From NCBI GenBank assembly GCA_964016885.1, contig OZ024743.1:141794001-141858000 (forward strand): a stretch of 64,000 nt of DNA, written 5' to 3'. The position numbers and the translations under genes were made by a program. The stretch is from Eledone cirrhosa (taxonomy: Eukaryota). Below the pieces are notes generated by a model that did not search any database, was not told where the DNA came from, and saw only the letters and a program-made list of their open reading frames with translations. Shown one piece after another: positions 33,921 through 47,100 of the stretch (positions are counted from its first letter, which is position 1; every line of letters starts with the position of its first letter).

Positions 33921-36900
33921 GTTTGGTGCTTGGTTCTTGGTGCTTGGTGCTTGGTGTTTGGTGATTGCTGCTTGGTGCTTGGTGTTTGGTGCTTGGTGCT
34001 TGGTGATTAGTGTTTGGTGATTGGTGCTTGGGATTTGCTGTTTGGTGCTTGGTGTTTGGTGCTTGGTGCTTGATGTTTGGTGTTTGGTGTTTGGTTCTTG
34101 GTGCTTGGTGTTTGGTGTTTGGTGTCTGGTGCTTGGTGCCTGGTGCCTGGTGTTTGGTGCTTGGTGCTTGGTGCTTGGTGTTTGGTGCTGCGTGCTTGGT
34201 GTTTGGTGCTTGGTGCTTGGTGATTATTGTTTGGTGCTTTGTGTTTGGTGCTTGGTGTTTGGTGCTTGGTGCTTGGTGCTTGGTGCTTGGTGTTAGGTGT
34301 TTGGTGCTTGGTGATTGGTGTTTGATGTTAGGTTCTTGGTGCTTGGTGTTTGGTGTTTGGTGCTTGGTGCTTGGTGTTTGGTGTTTGGTGCTTGGTGCTT
34401 GGTGCTTGGTGCTTGGTGTTTGGTGCTTGGTTCTTGGTGCTTGGTGCTTGGTGTTTGGTGATTGCTGCTTGGTGCTTGGTGTTTGGTGCTTGGTGCTTGG
34501 TGATTAGTGTTTGGTGATTGGTGCTTGGGATTTGCTGTTTGGTGCTTGGTGTTTGGTGCTTGGTGCTTGATGTTTGGTGTTTGGTGTTTGGTTCTTGGTG
34601 CTTGGTGCTTGGTGCTTGGTGTTTGGTGCTTGGTGCTTGGTGTTTGGTGCTGCGTGCTTGGTGTTTGGTGCTTGGTGCTTGGTGATTAGTGTTTGGTGCT
34701 TTGTGTTTGGTGCTTGGTGCTTGATGTTTGGTGTTTGGTGTTTGGTTCTTGGTGCTTGGTGCTTGGTGCTTGGTGTTTGGTGCTTGGTGCTTGGTGTTTG
34801 GTGCTGCGTGCTTGGTGTTTGGTGCTTGGTGCTTGGTGATTAGTGTTTGGTGCTTTGTGTTTGGTGCTTGGTGTTTGGTGCTTGGTGCTTGGTGCTTGGT
34901 GCTTGGTGTTAGGTGTTTGGTGCTTGGTGATTGGTGTTTGATGTTAGGTTCTTGGTGCTTGGTGTTTGGTGTTTGGTGCTTGGTGCTTGGTGTTTGGTGT
35001 TTGGTGCTTGGTGCTTGGTGCTTGGTGCTTGGTGTTAGGTGTTTGGTGCTTGGTGCTTGGTGTTTGGTGCTTGGTGCTTTGTGTTTGGTGCTTGGTGTTT
35101 GGTGCTTGGTGCTTGGTGCTTGGTGCTTGGTGTTTGGTGTTTGGTGCTTGGTGATTGGTGTTTGATGTTAGGTTCTTGGTGCTTGGTGTTTGGTGTTTGG
35201 TGCTTGGTGCTTGGTGTTTGGTGCTTGGTGCTTCGTGCTTGGTGCTTGGTGCTTGGTGTTAGGTGTTTGGTGCTTGGTGATGGGTGCTTGGTGTTTGGTC
35301 CTTGGTGCTTGGTGCATGGTCTTTGGTGCTTGGGTTTTGGTGTTTGGTGCTTGGTGCTTGGTGTTTGGTGCTTGGTGCTTGGTGCTTGGTGCTTGGTGTT
35401 TGGTGCTTGCTGCTTGGTGCTTGGTGTTTGGTGCTTGGTGCTTGGTGATTAGTGTTTGGTGATTGGTGCTTGGGGTTTGGTGTTTGGGGCTTGGTGTTTG
35501 GTGGTTAGTGCTTGCTATTTGGTGTTTGGTGTTTGGTTCTTGGTGCTTGGTGGCTGGTGTTTGGTGCTTGGTGCTTGTTGTTTGGTGTTTGGTGTTTGGT
35601 GCTTGGTGCTTGGTGGCTGGTGTTTGGTGCTTGGTGTTTGGAGTTTGGTGCTTGGTGCTTGGTGCCTGGTGTTTCGTGCTTGGTGCTTGGTGTTAGGTGT
35701 TTGGTGCTTGGTGTTTGGTGATTGGTGCTTGGTGTTTGGTGTTTGGTACTTGGTGCTTGCTGCTTGGTGCTTGGTGCTTGGTGCTTGGTGTTTGATGCTG
35801 CGTGCTTGGTGTTTGGTGTTTGGTGCTTGGTGCTTGGTGTTTGGTCTTTGGAGCTCGGTGCCTGGTGCTTGTTGTTTGGTGTTTGGCGCTTGGTGCTTGG
35901 TGTTTGGTGTTTGGTGCTTGGTGCTTGGTGCTTGGTATCTGGTGCTTGGTGCTTGATGTTTGGTGTTTGGTGCTTGGTGTTTGGTGTTTGGTGCTTGGTG
36001 CTTGGTGTTTGGTGCTTGGTGTTTGGTGTTTGGTGTTTGATGCTTGGTGTTTGCTGCTTGGTGCTTGGTGCTTGGTGTTTTGTGTTTGGTGATTGGTGCT
36101 TGGTGCCTGGTGCTTGGTGCTTGGTGCTTGTTGTTTGGTGCTTGGTGCTTGGTGATTAGTGTTTGGTGCTTGGTGCTTGCGGTTTGGTGTTTGGTGCTTG
36201 GGGTTTGGTGCTTGGTGCTTGGTGCTTGGTGTTTGGTGCTTGGTGCTTGGTGTTTGGTGCTTGGTGCTTGGTGTTTGGTGTTTGGCGTTTGCTGTTTGCT
36301 GTTTGGTGTTTGGTGCTTGCTGTTTGGTGCTTGGTGCTTGGTGTTTGGTGTTTGGTGTTTTGTGCTTGGTGCTTGGTGTTTGGTGCTTGGTGCTTGGTGC
36401 TGGGTGTTTGGTGCTTGGTGCTTGGTGTTTGGTGCTTGGTGCTTGGTGCTTGGTGTTTGGTCCTTGGTGCTTGGTGCTTGGTCTTTGGTGCTTGGGTTTT
36501 GGTGTTTGGTGCTTGGTGCTTGGTGTTTGGTGCTTGGTTCTTGGTGCTTGGTGCTTGGTGTTTGGTGATTGCTGCTTGGTGCTTGGTGTTTGGTGCTTGG
36601 TGCTTGGTGATTAGTGTTTGGTGATTGGTGCTTGGGATTTGCTGTTTGGTGCTTGGTGTTTGGTGCTTGGTGCTTGATGTTTGGTGTTTGGTGTTTGGTT
36701 CTTGGTGCTTGGTGTTTGGTGTTTGGTGTCTGGTGCTTGGTGCCTGGTGCCTGGTGTTTGGTGCTTGGTGCTTGGTGCTTGGTGTTTGGTGCTGCGTGCT
36801 TGGTGTTTGGTGCTTGGTGCTTGGTGATTATTGTTTGGTGCTTTGTGTTTGGTGCTTGGTGTTTGGTGCTTGGTGCTTGGTGCTTGGTGCTTGGTGTTAG

Positions 36901-37900
36901 GTGTTTGGTGCTTGGTGATTGGTGTTTGATGTTAGGTTCTTGGTGCTTGGTGTTTGGTGTTTGGTGCTTGGTGCTTGGTGTTTGGTGTTTGGTGCTTGGT
37001 GCTTGGTGCTTGGTGCTTGGTGTTTGGTGCTTGGTTCTTGGTGCTTGGTGCTTGGTGTTTGGTGATTGCTGCTTGGTGCTTGGTGTTTGGTGCTTGGTGC
37101 TTGGTGATTAGTGTTTGGTGATTGGTGCTTGGGATTTGCTGTTTGGTGCTTGGTGTTTGGTGCTTGGTGCTTGATGTTTGGTGTTTGGTGTTTGGTTCTT
37201 GGTGCTTGGTGCTTGGTGCTTGGTGTTTGGTGCTTGGTGCTTGGTGTTTGGTGCTGCGTGCTTGGTGTTTGGTGCTTGGTGCTTGGTGATTAGTGTTTGG
37301 TGCTTTGTGTTTGGTGCTTGGTGCTTGATGTTTGGTGTTTGGTGTTTGGTTCTTGGTGCTTGGTGCTTGGTGCTTGGTGTTTGGTGCTTGGTGCTTGGTG
37401 TTTGGTGCTGCGTGCTTGGTGTTTGGTGCTTGGTGCTTGGTGATTAGTGTTTGGTGCTTTGTGTTTGGTGCTTGGTGTTTGGTGCTTGGTGCTTGGTGCT
37501 TGGTGTTAGGTGTTTGGTGCTTGGTGATTGGTGTTTGATGTTAGGTTCTTGGTGCTTGGTGTTTGGTGTTTGGTGCTTGGTGCTTGGTGTTTGGTGTTTG
37601 GTGCTTGGTGCTTGGTGCTTGGTGCTTGGTGTTAGGTGTTTGGTGCTTGGTGCTTGGTGTTTGGTGCTTGGTGCTTTGTGTTTGGTGCTTGGTGTTTGGT
37701 GCTTGGTGCTTGGTGCTTGGTGCTTGGTGTTTGGTGTTTGGTGCTTGGTGATTGGTGTTTGATGTTAGGTTCTTGGTGCTTGGTGTTTGGTGTTTGGTGC
37801 TTGGTGCTTGGTGTTTGGTGCTTGGTGCTTCGTGCTTGGTGCTTGGTGCTTGGTGTTAGGTGTTTGGTGCTTGGTGATGGGTGCTTGGTGTTTGGTCCTT
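32700..37900 (+). repeat. Tandem higher-order duplication, period 2604 bp (372 monomers)
   Basis: ORF pairs 32852/35456, 33555/36159, 34010/36614 and 34507/37111. GAGCTC is at 33247 and 35851. One private difference is TTGGTAC at 33391 versus TTGGTGC at 35995. Confidence 0.93.
34555..34870 (+). repeat. Tandem duplication, period 154 bp (22 monomers), inherited in three places
   Basis: ORF starts 34574/34728, 37178/37332 and 56372/56526 are each offset by 154. Confidence 0.9.
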
Positions 37901-40900
37901 GGTGCTTGGTGCATGGTCTTTGGTGCTTGGGTTTTGGTGTTTGGTGCTTGGTGCTTGGTGTTTGGTGCTTGGTGCTTAGTGCTTGGTGCTTGGTGTTTGG
38001 TGATTGCTGCTTGGTGCTTGGTGTTTGGTGCTTGGTGCTTGGTGATTAGTGTTTGGTGATTGGTGCTTGGGGTTTGGTGTTTGGGGCTTGGTGTTTGGTG
38101 CTTAGTGCTTGCTGTTTGGTGTTTGGTGTTTGGTTCTTGGTGCTTGGTGTTTGGTGCTTGGTGTTTGGTGCTTGGTGCTTGGTGCTTGGTGTTTGGTGCT
38201 GCGTGCTTGGTGTTTGGTGTTTGGTGCTTGGTGCCTGGTGCTTGTTGTTTGGTGTTTGGTGCTTAGTGCTTGGTGTTTGGTGTTTGGTGCTTGGTGCTTG
38301 GTGGCTGGTGTTTGGTGCTTGGTGTTTGGAGTTTGGTGCTTGGTGCTTGGTGCCTGGTGTTTCGTGCTTGGTGCTTGGTGCTTGGTGTTTGGTGATTGGT
38401 GCTTGGTGTTTGGTGTTTGGTACTTGGTGCTTGGTGCTTGGTGCTTGGTGCTTGGTGCTTGGTGTTTGATGCTGCGTGCTTGGTGTTTGGTGTTTGGTGC
38501 TTGGTGCTTGGTGTTTGGTGTTTGGAGCTCGGTGCCTGGTGCTTGTTGTTTGGTGTTTGGCGCTTGGTGCTTGGTGTTTGGTGTTTGGTGCTTGGTGCTT
38601 GGTGCTTGGTATCTGGTGTTTGGTGCTTGATGTTTGGTGTTTGGTGCTTGGTGTTTGGTGTTTGGTGCTTGGTGCTTGGTGTTTGGTGCTTGGTGTTTGG
38701 TGTTTGGTGTTTGATGCTTGGTGTTTGCTGCTTGGTGCTTGGTGCTTGGTGTTTTGTGTTTGGTGATTGGTGCTTGGTGCCTGGTGCTTGGTGCTTGGTG
38801 CTTGTTGTTTGGTGCTTGGTGCTTGGTGATTAGTGTTTGGTGCTTGGTGCTTGCGGTTTGGTGTTTGGTGCTTGGTTCTTGGTGCTTGGTGCTTGGTGTT
38901 TGGTGATTGCTGCTTGGTGCTTGGTGTTTGGTGCTTGGTGCTTGGTGATTAGTGTTTGGTGATTGGTGCTTGGGGTTTGCTGTTTGGTGCTTGGTGCTTG
39001 CTGTTTGGTGTTTGGTGTTTGGTTCTTGGTGCTTGGTGTTTGGTGTTTGGTGTCTGGTGCTTGGTGCTTGGTGCTTGGTGTTTGGTGCTTGGTGCTTGGT
39101 GCTTGGTGTTTGGTGCTGCGTGCTTGGTGTTTGGTGCTTGGTGCTTGGTGATTAGTGTTTGGTGCTTTGTGTTTGGTGCTTGGTGTTTGGTGCTTGGTGC
39201 TTGGTGCTTGGTGCTTGGTGTTAGGTGTTTGGTGCTTGGTGATTGGTGTTTGATGTTAGGTTCTTGGTGCTTGGTGTTTGGTGTTTGGTGCTTGGTGCTT
39301 GGTGTTTGGTGTTTGGTGCTTGGTGCTTGGTGCTTGGTGCTTGGTGTTAGGTGTTTGGTGCTTGGTGCTTGGTGTTTGGTGCTTGGTGCTTTGTGTTTGG
39401 TGCTTGGTGTTTGGTGCTTGGTGCTTGGTGCTTGGTGCTTGGTGTTAGGTGTTTGGTGCTTGGTGATTGGTGTTTGATGTTAGGTTCTTGGTGCTTGGTG
39501 TTTGGTGTTTGGTGCTTGGTGCTTGGTGTTTGGTGTTTGGTGCTTGGTGCTTGGTGCTTGGTGCTTGGTGTTAGGTGTTTGGTGCTTGGTGATGGGTGCT
39601 TGGTGTTTGGTCCTTGGTGCTTGGTGCATGGTCTTTGGTGCTTGGGTTTTGGTGTTTGGTGCTTGGTGCTTGGTGTTTGGTGCTTGGTGCTTGGTGCTTG
39701 GTGCTTGGTGTTTGGTGCTTGCTGCTTGGTGCTTGGTGTTTGGTGCTTGGTGCTTGGTGATTAGTGTTTGGTGATTGGTGCTTGGGGTTTGGTGTTTGGG
39801 GCTTGGTGTTTGGTGGTTAGTGCTTGCTATTTGGTGTTTGGTGTTTGGTTCTTGGTGCTTGGTGGCTGGTGTTTGGTGCTTGGTGCTTGTTGTTTGGTGT
39901 TTGGTGTTTGGTGCTTGGTGCTTGGTGGCTGGTGTTTGGTGCTTGGTGTTTGGAGTTTGGTGCTTGGTGCTTGGTGCCTGGTGTTTCGTGCTTGGTGCTT
40001 GGTGTTAGGTGTTTGGTGCTTGGTGTTTGGTGATTGGTGCTTGGTGTTTGGTGTTTGGTACTTGGTGCTTGCTGCTTGGTGCTTGGTGCTTGGTGCTTGG
40101 TGTTTGATGCTGCGTGCTTGGTGTTTGGTGTTTGGTGCTTGGTGCTTGGTGTTTGGTCTTTGGAGCTCGGTGCCTGGTGCTTGTTGTTTGGTGTTTGGCG
40201 CTTGGTGCTTGGTGTTTGGTGTTTGGTGCTTGGTGCTTGGTGCTTGGTATCTGGTGCTTGGTGCTTGATGTTTGGTGTTTGGTGCTTGGTGTTTGGTGTT
40301 TGGTGCTTGGTGCTTGGTGTTTGGTGCTTGGTGTTTGGTGTTTGGTGTTTGATGCTTGGTGTTTGCTGCTTGGTGCTTGGTGCTTGGTGTTTTGTGTTTG
40401 GTGATTGGTGCTTGGTGCCTGGTGCTTGGTGCTTGGTGCTTGTTGTTTGGTGCTTGGTGCTTGGTGATTAGTGTTTGGTGCTTGGTGCTTGCGGTTTGGT
40501 GTTTGGTGCTTGGGGTTTGGTGCTTGGTGCTTGGTGCTTGGTGTTTGGTGCTTGGTGCTTGGTGTTTGGTGCTTGGTGCTTGGTGTTTGGTGTTTGGCGT
40601 TTGCTGTTTGCTGTTTGGTGTTTGGTGCTTGCTGTTTGGTGCTTGGTGCTTGGTGTTTGGTGTTTGGTGTTTTGTGCTTGGTGCTTGGTGTTTGGTGCTT
40701 GGTGCTTGGTGCTGGGTGTTTGGTGCTTGGTGCTTGGTGTTTGGTGCTTGGTGCTTGGTGCTTGGTGTTTGGTCCTTGGTGCTTGGTGCTTGGTCTTTGG
40801 TGCTTGGGTTTTGGTGTTTGGTGCTTGGTGCTTGGTGTTTGGTGTTTGGTGTCTGGTGCTTGGTGTTTGGTGCTTTGTGTTTGGTGCTTGGTGCTTGGTG

Positions 40901-40979
40901 TTTGGTGCTGCGTGCTTGGTGTTTGGTGCTTGGTGCTTGGTGATTAGTGTTTGGTGCTTTGTGTTTGGTGCTTGGTGAT

Positions 40980-43900
40980 TGGTGATTGGTGTTTGATGTT
41001 AGGTTCTTGGTGCTTGGTGTTTGGTGTTTGGTGCTTGGTGCTTGGTGTTTGGTGTTTGGTGCTTGGTGCTTGGTGCTTGGTGCTTGGTGCTTGGTGCTTG
41101 GTGCTTGGTGTTTGGTGCTTGGTTCTTGGTGCTTGGTGCTTGGTGTTTGGTGATTGCTGCTTGGTGCTTGGTGTTTGGTGCTTGGTGCTTGGTGATTAGT
41201 ATTTGGTGATTGGTGCTTGGGATTTGCTGTTTGGTGCTTGGTGTTTGGTGCATGGTGCTTGATGTTTGGTGTTTGGTGTTTGGTTCTTGGTGCTTGGTGT
41301 TTGGTGTTTGGTGTCTGGTGCTTGGTGTTTGGTGCTTTGTGTTTGGTGCTTGGTGCTTGGTGTTTGGTGCTGCGTGCTTGGTGTTTGGTGCTTGGTGCTT
41401 GGTGATTAGTGTTTGGTGCTTTGTGTTTGGTGCTTGGTGATTGGTGCTTGGTGCTTGGTGCTTGGTGTTAGGTGTTTGGTGCTTGGTGATTGGTGTTTGA
41501 TGTTAGGTTCTTGGTGCTTGGTGTTTGGTGTTTGGTGCTTGGTGCTTGGTGTTTGGTGTTTGGTGCTTGGTGCTTGGTGCTTGGTGCTTGGTGTTAGGTG
41601 TTTGGTGCTTGGTGCTTGGTGTTTGCTGCTTGGTGCTTTGTGTTTGGTGCTTGGTGTTTGGTGCTTGGTGCATGGTGCTTGGTGCTTGGTGTTAGGTGTT
41701 TGGTGCTTGGTGATTGGTGTTTGATGTTAGGTTCTTGGTGCTTGGTGTTTGGTGTTTGGTGCTTGGTGCTTGGTGTTTGGTGCTTGGTGCTTGGTGCTTG
41801 GTGCTTGGTGCTTGGTGTTAGGTGTTTGGTGCTTGGTGATGGGTGCTTGGTGTTTGGTCCTTGGTGCTTGGTGCATGGTCTTTGGTGCTTGGGTTTTGGT
41901 GTTTGGTGCTTGGTGCTTGGTGTTTGGTGCTTGGTGCTTGGTGCTTGGTGCTTGGTGTTTGGTGATTGCTGCTTGGTGCTTGGTGTTTGGTGCTTGGTGC
42001 TTGGTGATTAGTGTTTGGTGATTGGTGCTTGGGGTTTGGTGTTTGGGGCTTGGTGTTTGGTGCTTAGTGCTTGTTGTTTGGTGTTTGGTGTTTGGTTCTT
42101 GGTGCTTGGTGTTTGGTGCTTGGTGTTTGGTGCTTGGTGCTTGGTGCTTGGTGTTTGGTGCTGCGTGCTTGGTGTTTGGTGTTTGGTGCTTGGTGCCTGG
42201 TGCTTGTTGTTTGGTGTTTGGTGCTTAGTGCTTGGTGTTTGGTGTTTGGTGCTTGGTGCTTGGTGGCTGGTGTTTGGTGCTTGGTGTTTGGAGTTTGGTG
42301 CTTGGTGCTTGGTGCCTGGTGTTTCGTGCTTGGTGCTTGGTGCTTGGTGTTTGGTGATTGGTGCTTGGTGTTTGGTGTTTGGTACTTGGTGCTTGGTGCT
42401 TGGTGCTTGGTGCTTGGTGCTTGGTGTTTGATGCTGCGTGCTTGGTGTTTGGTGTTTGGTGCTTGGTGCTTGGTGTTTGGTGTTTGGAGCTCGGTGCCTG
42501 GTGCTTGTTGTTTGGTGTTTGGCGCTTGGTGCTTGGTGTTTGGTGTTTGGTGCTTGGTGCTTGGTGCTTGGTATCTGGTGTTTGGTGCTTGATGTTTGGT
42601 GTTTGGTGCTTGGTGTTTGGTGTTTGGTGCTTGGTGCTTGGTGTTTGGTGCTTGGTGTTTGGTGTTTGGTGTTTGATGCTTGGTGTTTGCTGCTTGGTGC
42701 TTGGTGCTTGGTGTTTTGTGTTTGGTGATTGGTGATTGGTGCCTGGTGCTTGGTGCTTGGTGCTTGTTGTTTGGTGCTTGGTGCTTGGTGATTAGTGTTT
42801 GGTGCTTGGTGCTTGCGGTTTGGTGTTTGGTGCTTGGTGTTTGGTGATTGGTGCTTGGTGCTTGGTGTTTGGTGCTTGGTGCTTGGTGTTTGGTGCTTGG
42901 TGCTTGGTGTTTGGTGTTTGGCGTTTGCTGTTTGCTGTTTGGTGTTTGGTGCTTGCTGTTTGGTGCTTGGTGCTTGGTGTTTGGTGTTTGGTGTTTTGTG
43001 CTTGGTGCTTGGTGTTTGGTGCTTGGTGCTTGGTGCTGGGTGTTTGGTGCTTGGTGCTTGGTGTTTGGTGCTTGTTGCTTGGTGCTTGGTGTTTGGTCCT
43101 TGGTGCTTGGTGCTTGGTCTTTGGTGCTTGGGTTTTGGTGTTTGGTGCTTGGTGCTTGGTGTTTGGTGCTTGGTTCTTGGTGCTTGGTGCTTGGTGTTTG
43201 GTGATTGCTGCTTGGTGCTTGGTGTTTGGTGCTTAGTGCTTGGTGATTAGTGTTTGGTGATTGGTGCTTGGGATTTGCTGTTTGGGGCTTGGTGTTTGGT
43301 GCTTGGTGCTTGATGTTTGGTGTTTGGTGTTTGGTTCTTGGTGCTTGGTGTTTGGTGTTTGGTGTCTGGTGCTTGGTGCTTGGTGCTTGGTGTTTGGTGA
43401 TTGGTGCTTGGTGCTTGGTGTTTGGTGCTGCGTGCTTGGTGTTTGGTGCTTGGTGCTTGGTGATTAGTGTTTGGTGCTTGGTGCTTGGGGTTTGGTGTTT
43501 GGTGCTTGGGGTTTGGTGTCTGGTGCTTGGTGCTTGGTGTTTGGTGCTTGGTGCTTGGTGTTTGGTGCTTGGTGCTTTGTGTTTGGTGCTTGGTGTTTGG
43601 TGCTTGGTGCTTGGTGCTTGGTGTTAGGTGTTTGGTGCTTGGTGATTGGTGTTTGATGTTAGGTTCTTGGTGCTTGGTGTTTGGTGTTTGGTGCTTGGTG
43701 CTTGGTGTTTGGTGTTTGGTGCTTGCTGCTTGGTGCTTGGTGTTTTGTGTTTGGAGTTTGGTGCTTGGTGTTTGGTGCTTCGGTCTTGGTGTTTTGTGTA
43801 TGGTGCTTGGTGCTTGGTGTTTGGTGTTTGGTGCCTGGTGCTTGGTGTTCGGTGCTTGGTGTTTGGTGTTTGGTGATTGGTGCTTGGTGTTTGGTGCTTG

Positions 43901-44120
43901 GTGCTTGGTGCTTGGTGCTTGGTGCTTGGTGTTAGGCGTTTGGTGCTTGGTGCTTGGTGTTTGATGTTTGGTCCATGGTGCTTGGTGTTTGGTATTTTGA
44001 GCTTGGTGCTTGGTGTTTGGTGTTTGGTGCTTGGTGCTTGGTGTTTGGTGTTTGGTGCTTGCTGCTTGCTGCTTGGTGTTTTGTGCTAGGGGCTTGGTGC
44101 TTGGTGTTTCGTGTTTGGTG
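40980..44120 (+). repeat. ~3.1-kb block copied at ~58790-61930 (offset 17808 = 2544 monomers)
   Basis: ORF pairs 40999/58807, 41598/59406, 42015/59823, 42795/60603, 43250/61058 and 43954/61762. Shared rare variants include GATTAGTATTTGG (~41194/~59002). Confidence 0.92.
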
Positions 44121-47100
44121 CTTGGTGTTTTGTGTTTGGTTCTTGGTGCTTGGTGACTGGTGCTTGGTGCTTGGTGCTTGTTGTTTGGTGCTTGGTGCTT
44201 GGTGATTAGTGTTTGGTGCTTGGTGCTTGGTGTTTGGTGCTTGGTGTTTGGTGCTTGGTGCCTGGTGCTTGGTGTTTGGTGTTTGATGCTTGGTGTTTGG
44301 TGTTTGGTGTTTGGTACTTGGTGTTCGGTGCTTGGTGCTTGGTGCTTGGTGCTTGGTGTTTGGTGTTTGGTGCTTGGTGCTTGGTGTTTGATGTTTGGTC
44401 ATTGGGGCTTGGTGTTTGGTGTTGTGTGCTTGGTGCTTGGTGGTTGGTGTTTGGTGCTTGGTGCTTGGTGCTTGGTGTTTGGCGTTTCCTGTTTGCTGTT
44501 TGGTGTTTGGTGTTTGCTGTTTGGTGTTTGCTGTTTGGTGTTTGGTGTTTGGTGCTTGCTGTTTGGTGCTTGGTGCTTGGTGTATGGTGTTTGGTGCTTG
44601 GTGTTTGGTGCTTGATGCTTGGTGCTGGGTGTTTGGTGCTTGGTGCTTGGTGTTTGGTGCTTGGTGATTGGTGCTTGGTGTTTGGTCCTTGGTGCTTGGT
44701 GCATGGTCTTTGGTGCTTGGGTTTTGGTGTTTGGTGCTTGGTGCTTGGTGTTTGGTGCTTGGTGCTTGGTGCTTGGTGCTTGGTGTTTGGTGCTTGCTGC
44801 TTGGTGCTTGGTGTTTGGTGCTTGGTGCTTGGTGAGTAGTGTTTGGTGATTGGTGTTTGGGGTTTGGTGTTTGGGGCTTGGTGTTTGGTGCTTAGTGCTT
44901 GCTGTTTGGTGTTTGGTGTTTGGTTCTTGGTGCTTGGTGTTTGGTGTTTGGTGTTTGGTGCTTGGTGCTTGGTGCTTGGTGTTTGGTGCTTGGTGCTTGG
45001 TGTTTGGTGCTGCGTGCTTGGTGTTTGGTGTTCGGTGCTTGGTGCCTGGTGCTTGTTGTTTGGTGTTTGGTGCTTAGTGCTTGGTGTTTGGTGTTTGGTG
45101 CTTGGTGCTTGGTGGCTGGTGTTTGGTGCTTGGTGTTTGGAGTTTGGTGCTTGGTGCTTGGTGCCTGGTGTTTCGTGCTTGGTGCTTGGTGCTTGGTGTT
45201 TGGTGTTTGGTGCTTGGTGTTTGGTGTTTGGTACTTGGTGCTTGGTGCTTGGTGCTTGGTGTTTGGTGCTTGGTATTTGATGCTGCCTGCTTGGTGTTTG
45301 GTGTTTGGTGCTTGGTGCTTGGTGTTTGGCGTTTGGAGCTCGGTGCCTGGTGCTTGTTGTTTGGTGTTTGGCGCTTGGTGCTTGGTATCTGGTGTTTGGT
45401 GCTTGATGTTTGGTGTTTGGTGCTTGGTGTTTTGTGTTTGGTGATTGGTGCTTGGTGCCTGGTGCTTGGTGCTTGGTGCTTGTTGTTTGGTGCTTGGTGC
45501 TTGGTGATTAGTGTTTGGTGCTTGGTGCTTGCGGTTTGCTGTTTGGTGCTTGGGGTTTGGTGCTTGGTGCTTGGTGCTTGGTGTTTGGTGCTTGGTGCTT
45601 GGTGTTTGGTGCTTGGTGCTTGGTGTTTGGTGTTTGGTGTTTGCTGTTTGCTGTTTGCTGTTTGGTGCTTGCTGTTTGGTGCTTGGTGCTTGGTGTTTGG
45701 TGTTTGGTGTTTTGTGCTTGGTGCTTGGTGTTTGGTGCTTGGTGCTTCGTGCTGGGTGTTTGGTGCTTGGTGCTTGGTGTTTGGTGCTTGGTGCTTGGTG
45801 CTTGGTGTTTGGTCCTTGGTGCTTGGTGCTTGGTCTTTGGTGCTTGGGTTTTGGTGTTTGGTGCTTGGTGCTTGGTGTTTGGTGCTTGGTTCTTGGTGCT
45901 TGGTGCTTGGTGTTTGGTGATTGCTGCTTGGTGCTTGGTGTTTGGTGCTTGGTGCTTGGTGATTAGTGTTTGGTGATTGGTGCTTGGGGTTTGCTGTTTG
46001 GTGCTTGGTGCTTGCTGTTTGGTGTTTGGTGTTTGGTTCTTGGTGCTTGGTGTTTGGTGTTTGTTGTCTGGTGCTTGGTGCTTGGTGCTTGGTGTTTGGT
46101 GCTTGGTGCTTGATGCTTGGTGTTTGGTGCTGCGTGCTTGGTGTTTGGTGCTTGGTGCTTGGTGATTAGTGTTTGGTGCTTTGTGTTTGGTGCTTGGTGT
46201 TTGGTGCTTGGTGCTTGGTGCTTGGTGCTTGGTGTTAGGTGTTTGGTGCTTGGTGATTGGTGTTTGATGTTAGGTTCTTGGTGCTTGGTGTTTGGTGTTT
46301 GGTGCTTGGTGCTTGGTGTTTGGTGTTTGGTGCTTGGTGCTTGGTGCTTGGTGCTTGGTGTTAAGTGTTTGGTGCTTGGTGCTTGGTGTTTGGTGCTTGG
46401 TGCTTTGTGTTTGGTGCTTGGTGTTTGGTGCTTGGTGCTTGGTGCTTGGTGCTTGGTGTTAGGTGTTTGGTGCTTGGTGATTGGTGTTTGATGTTAGGTT
46501 CTTGGTGCTTGGTGTTTGGTGTTTGGTGCTTGGTGCTTGGTGTTTGGTGTTTGGTGCTTGGTGCTTGGTGCTTGGTGCTTGGTGTTAGGTGTTTGGTGCT
46601 TGGTGATGGGTGCTTGGTGTTTGGTCCTTGGTGCTTGGTGCATGGTCTTTGGTGCTTGGGTTTTGGTGTTTGGTGCTTGGTGCTTGGTGTTTGGTGCTTG
46701 GTGCTTGGTGCTTGGTGCTTGGTGTTTGGAGTTTGGTGCTTGGTGCTTGGTGCCTGGTGTTTCGTGCTTGGTGCTTGGTGCTTGGTGTTTGGTGTTTGGT
46801 GCTTGGTGTTTGGTGTTTGGAACTTGGTGCTTGGTGCTTGGTGCTTGGTGTTTGGTGCTTGCTGCTTGGTGCTTGGTGTTTGGTGCTTGGTGCTTGGTGA
46901 TTAGTGTTTGGTGATTGGTGCTTGGGGTTTGGTGTTTGGGGCTTGGTGTTTGGTGGTTAGTGCTTGCTATTTGGTGTTTGGTGTTTGGTTCTTGGTGCTT
47001 GGTGGCTGGTGTTTGGTGCTTGGTGCTTGTTGTTTGGTGTTTGGTGTTTGGTGCTTGGTGCTTGGTGGCTGGTGTTTGGTGCTTGGTGTTTGGAGTTTGG

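Larger units (their letters stand above)
26790..35400 (+). repeat. Large (~8.6 kb) segmental copy, repeated at ~48545-57200 (offset ~21.76-21.81 kb); its first part is also at ~43455-48540
   Basis: ORF pairs 26799/48556, 28161/49932, 30226/51997, 32036/53841, 32852/54650, 33555/55353, 34507/56305 and 35039/56837. Shared rare markers are TTCGGTC, GGTCCATGG, TATTTTGAGC, TTGGAAC and TTCGCGT. Confidence 0.88.
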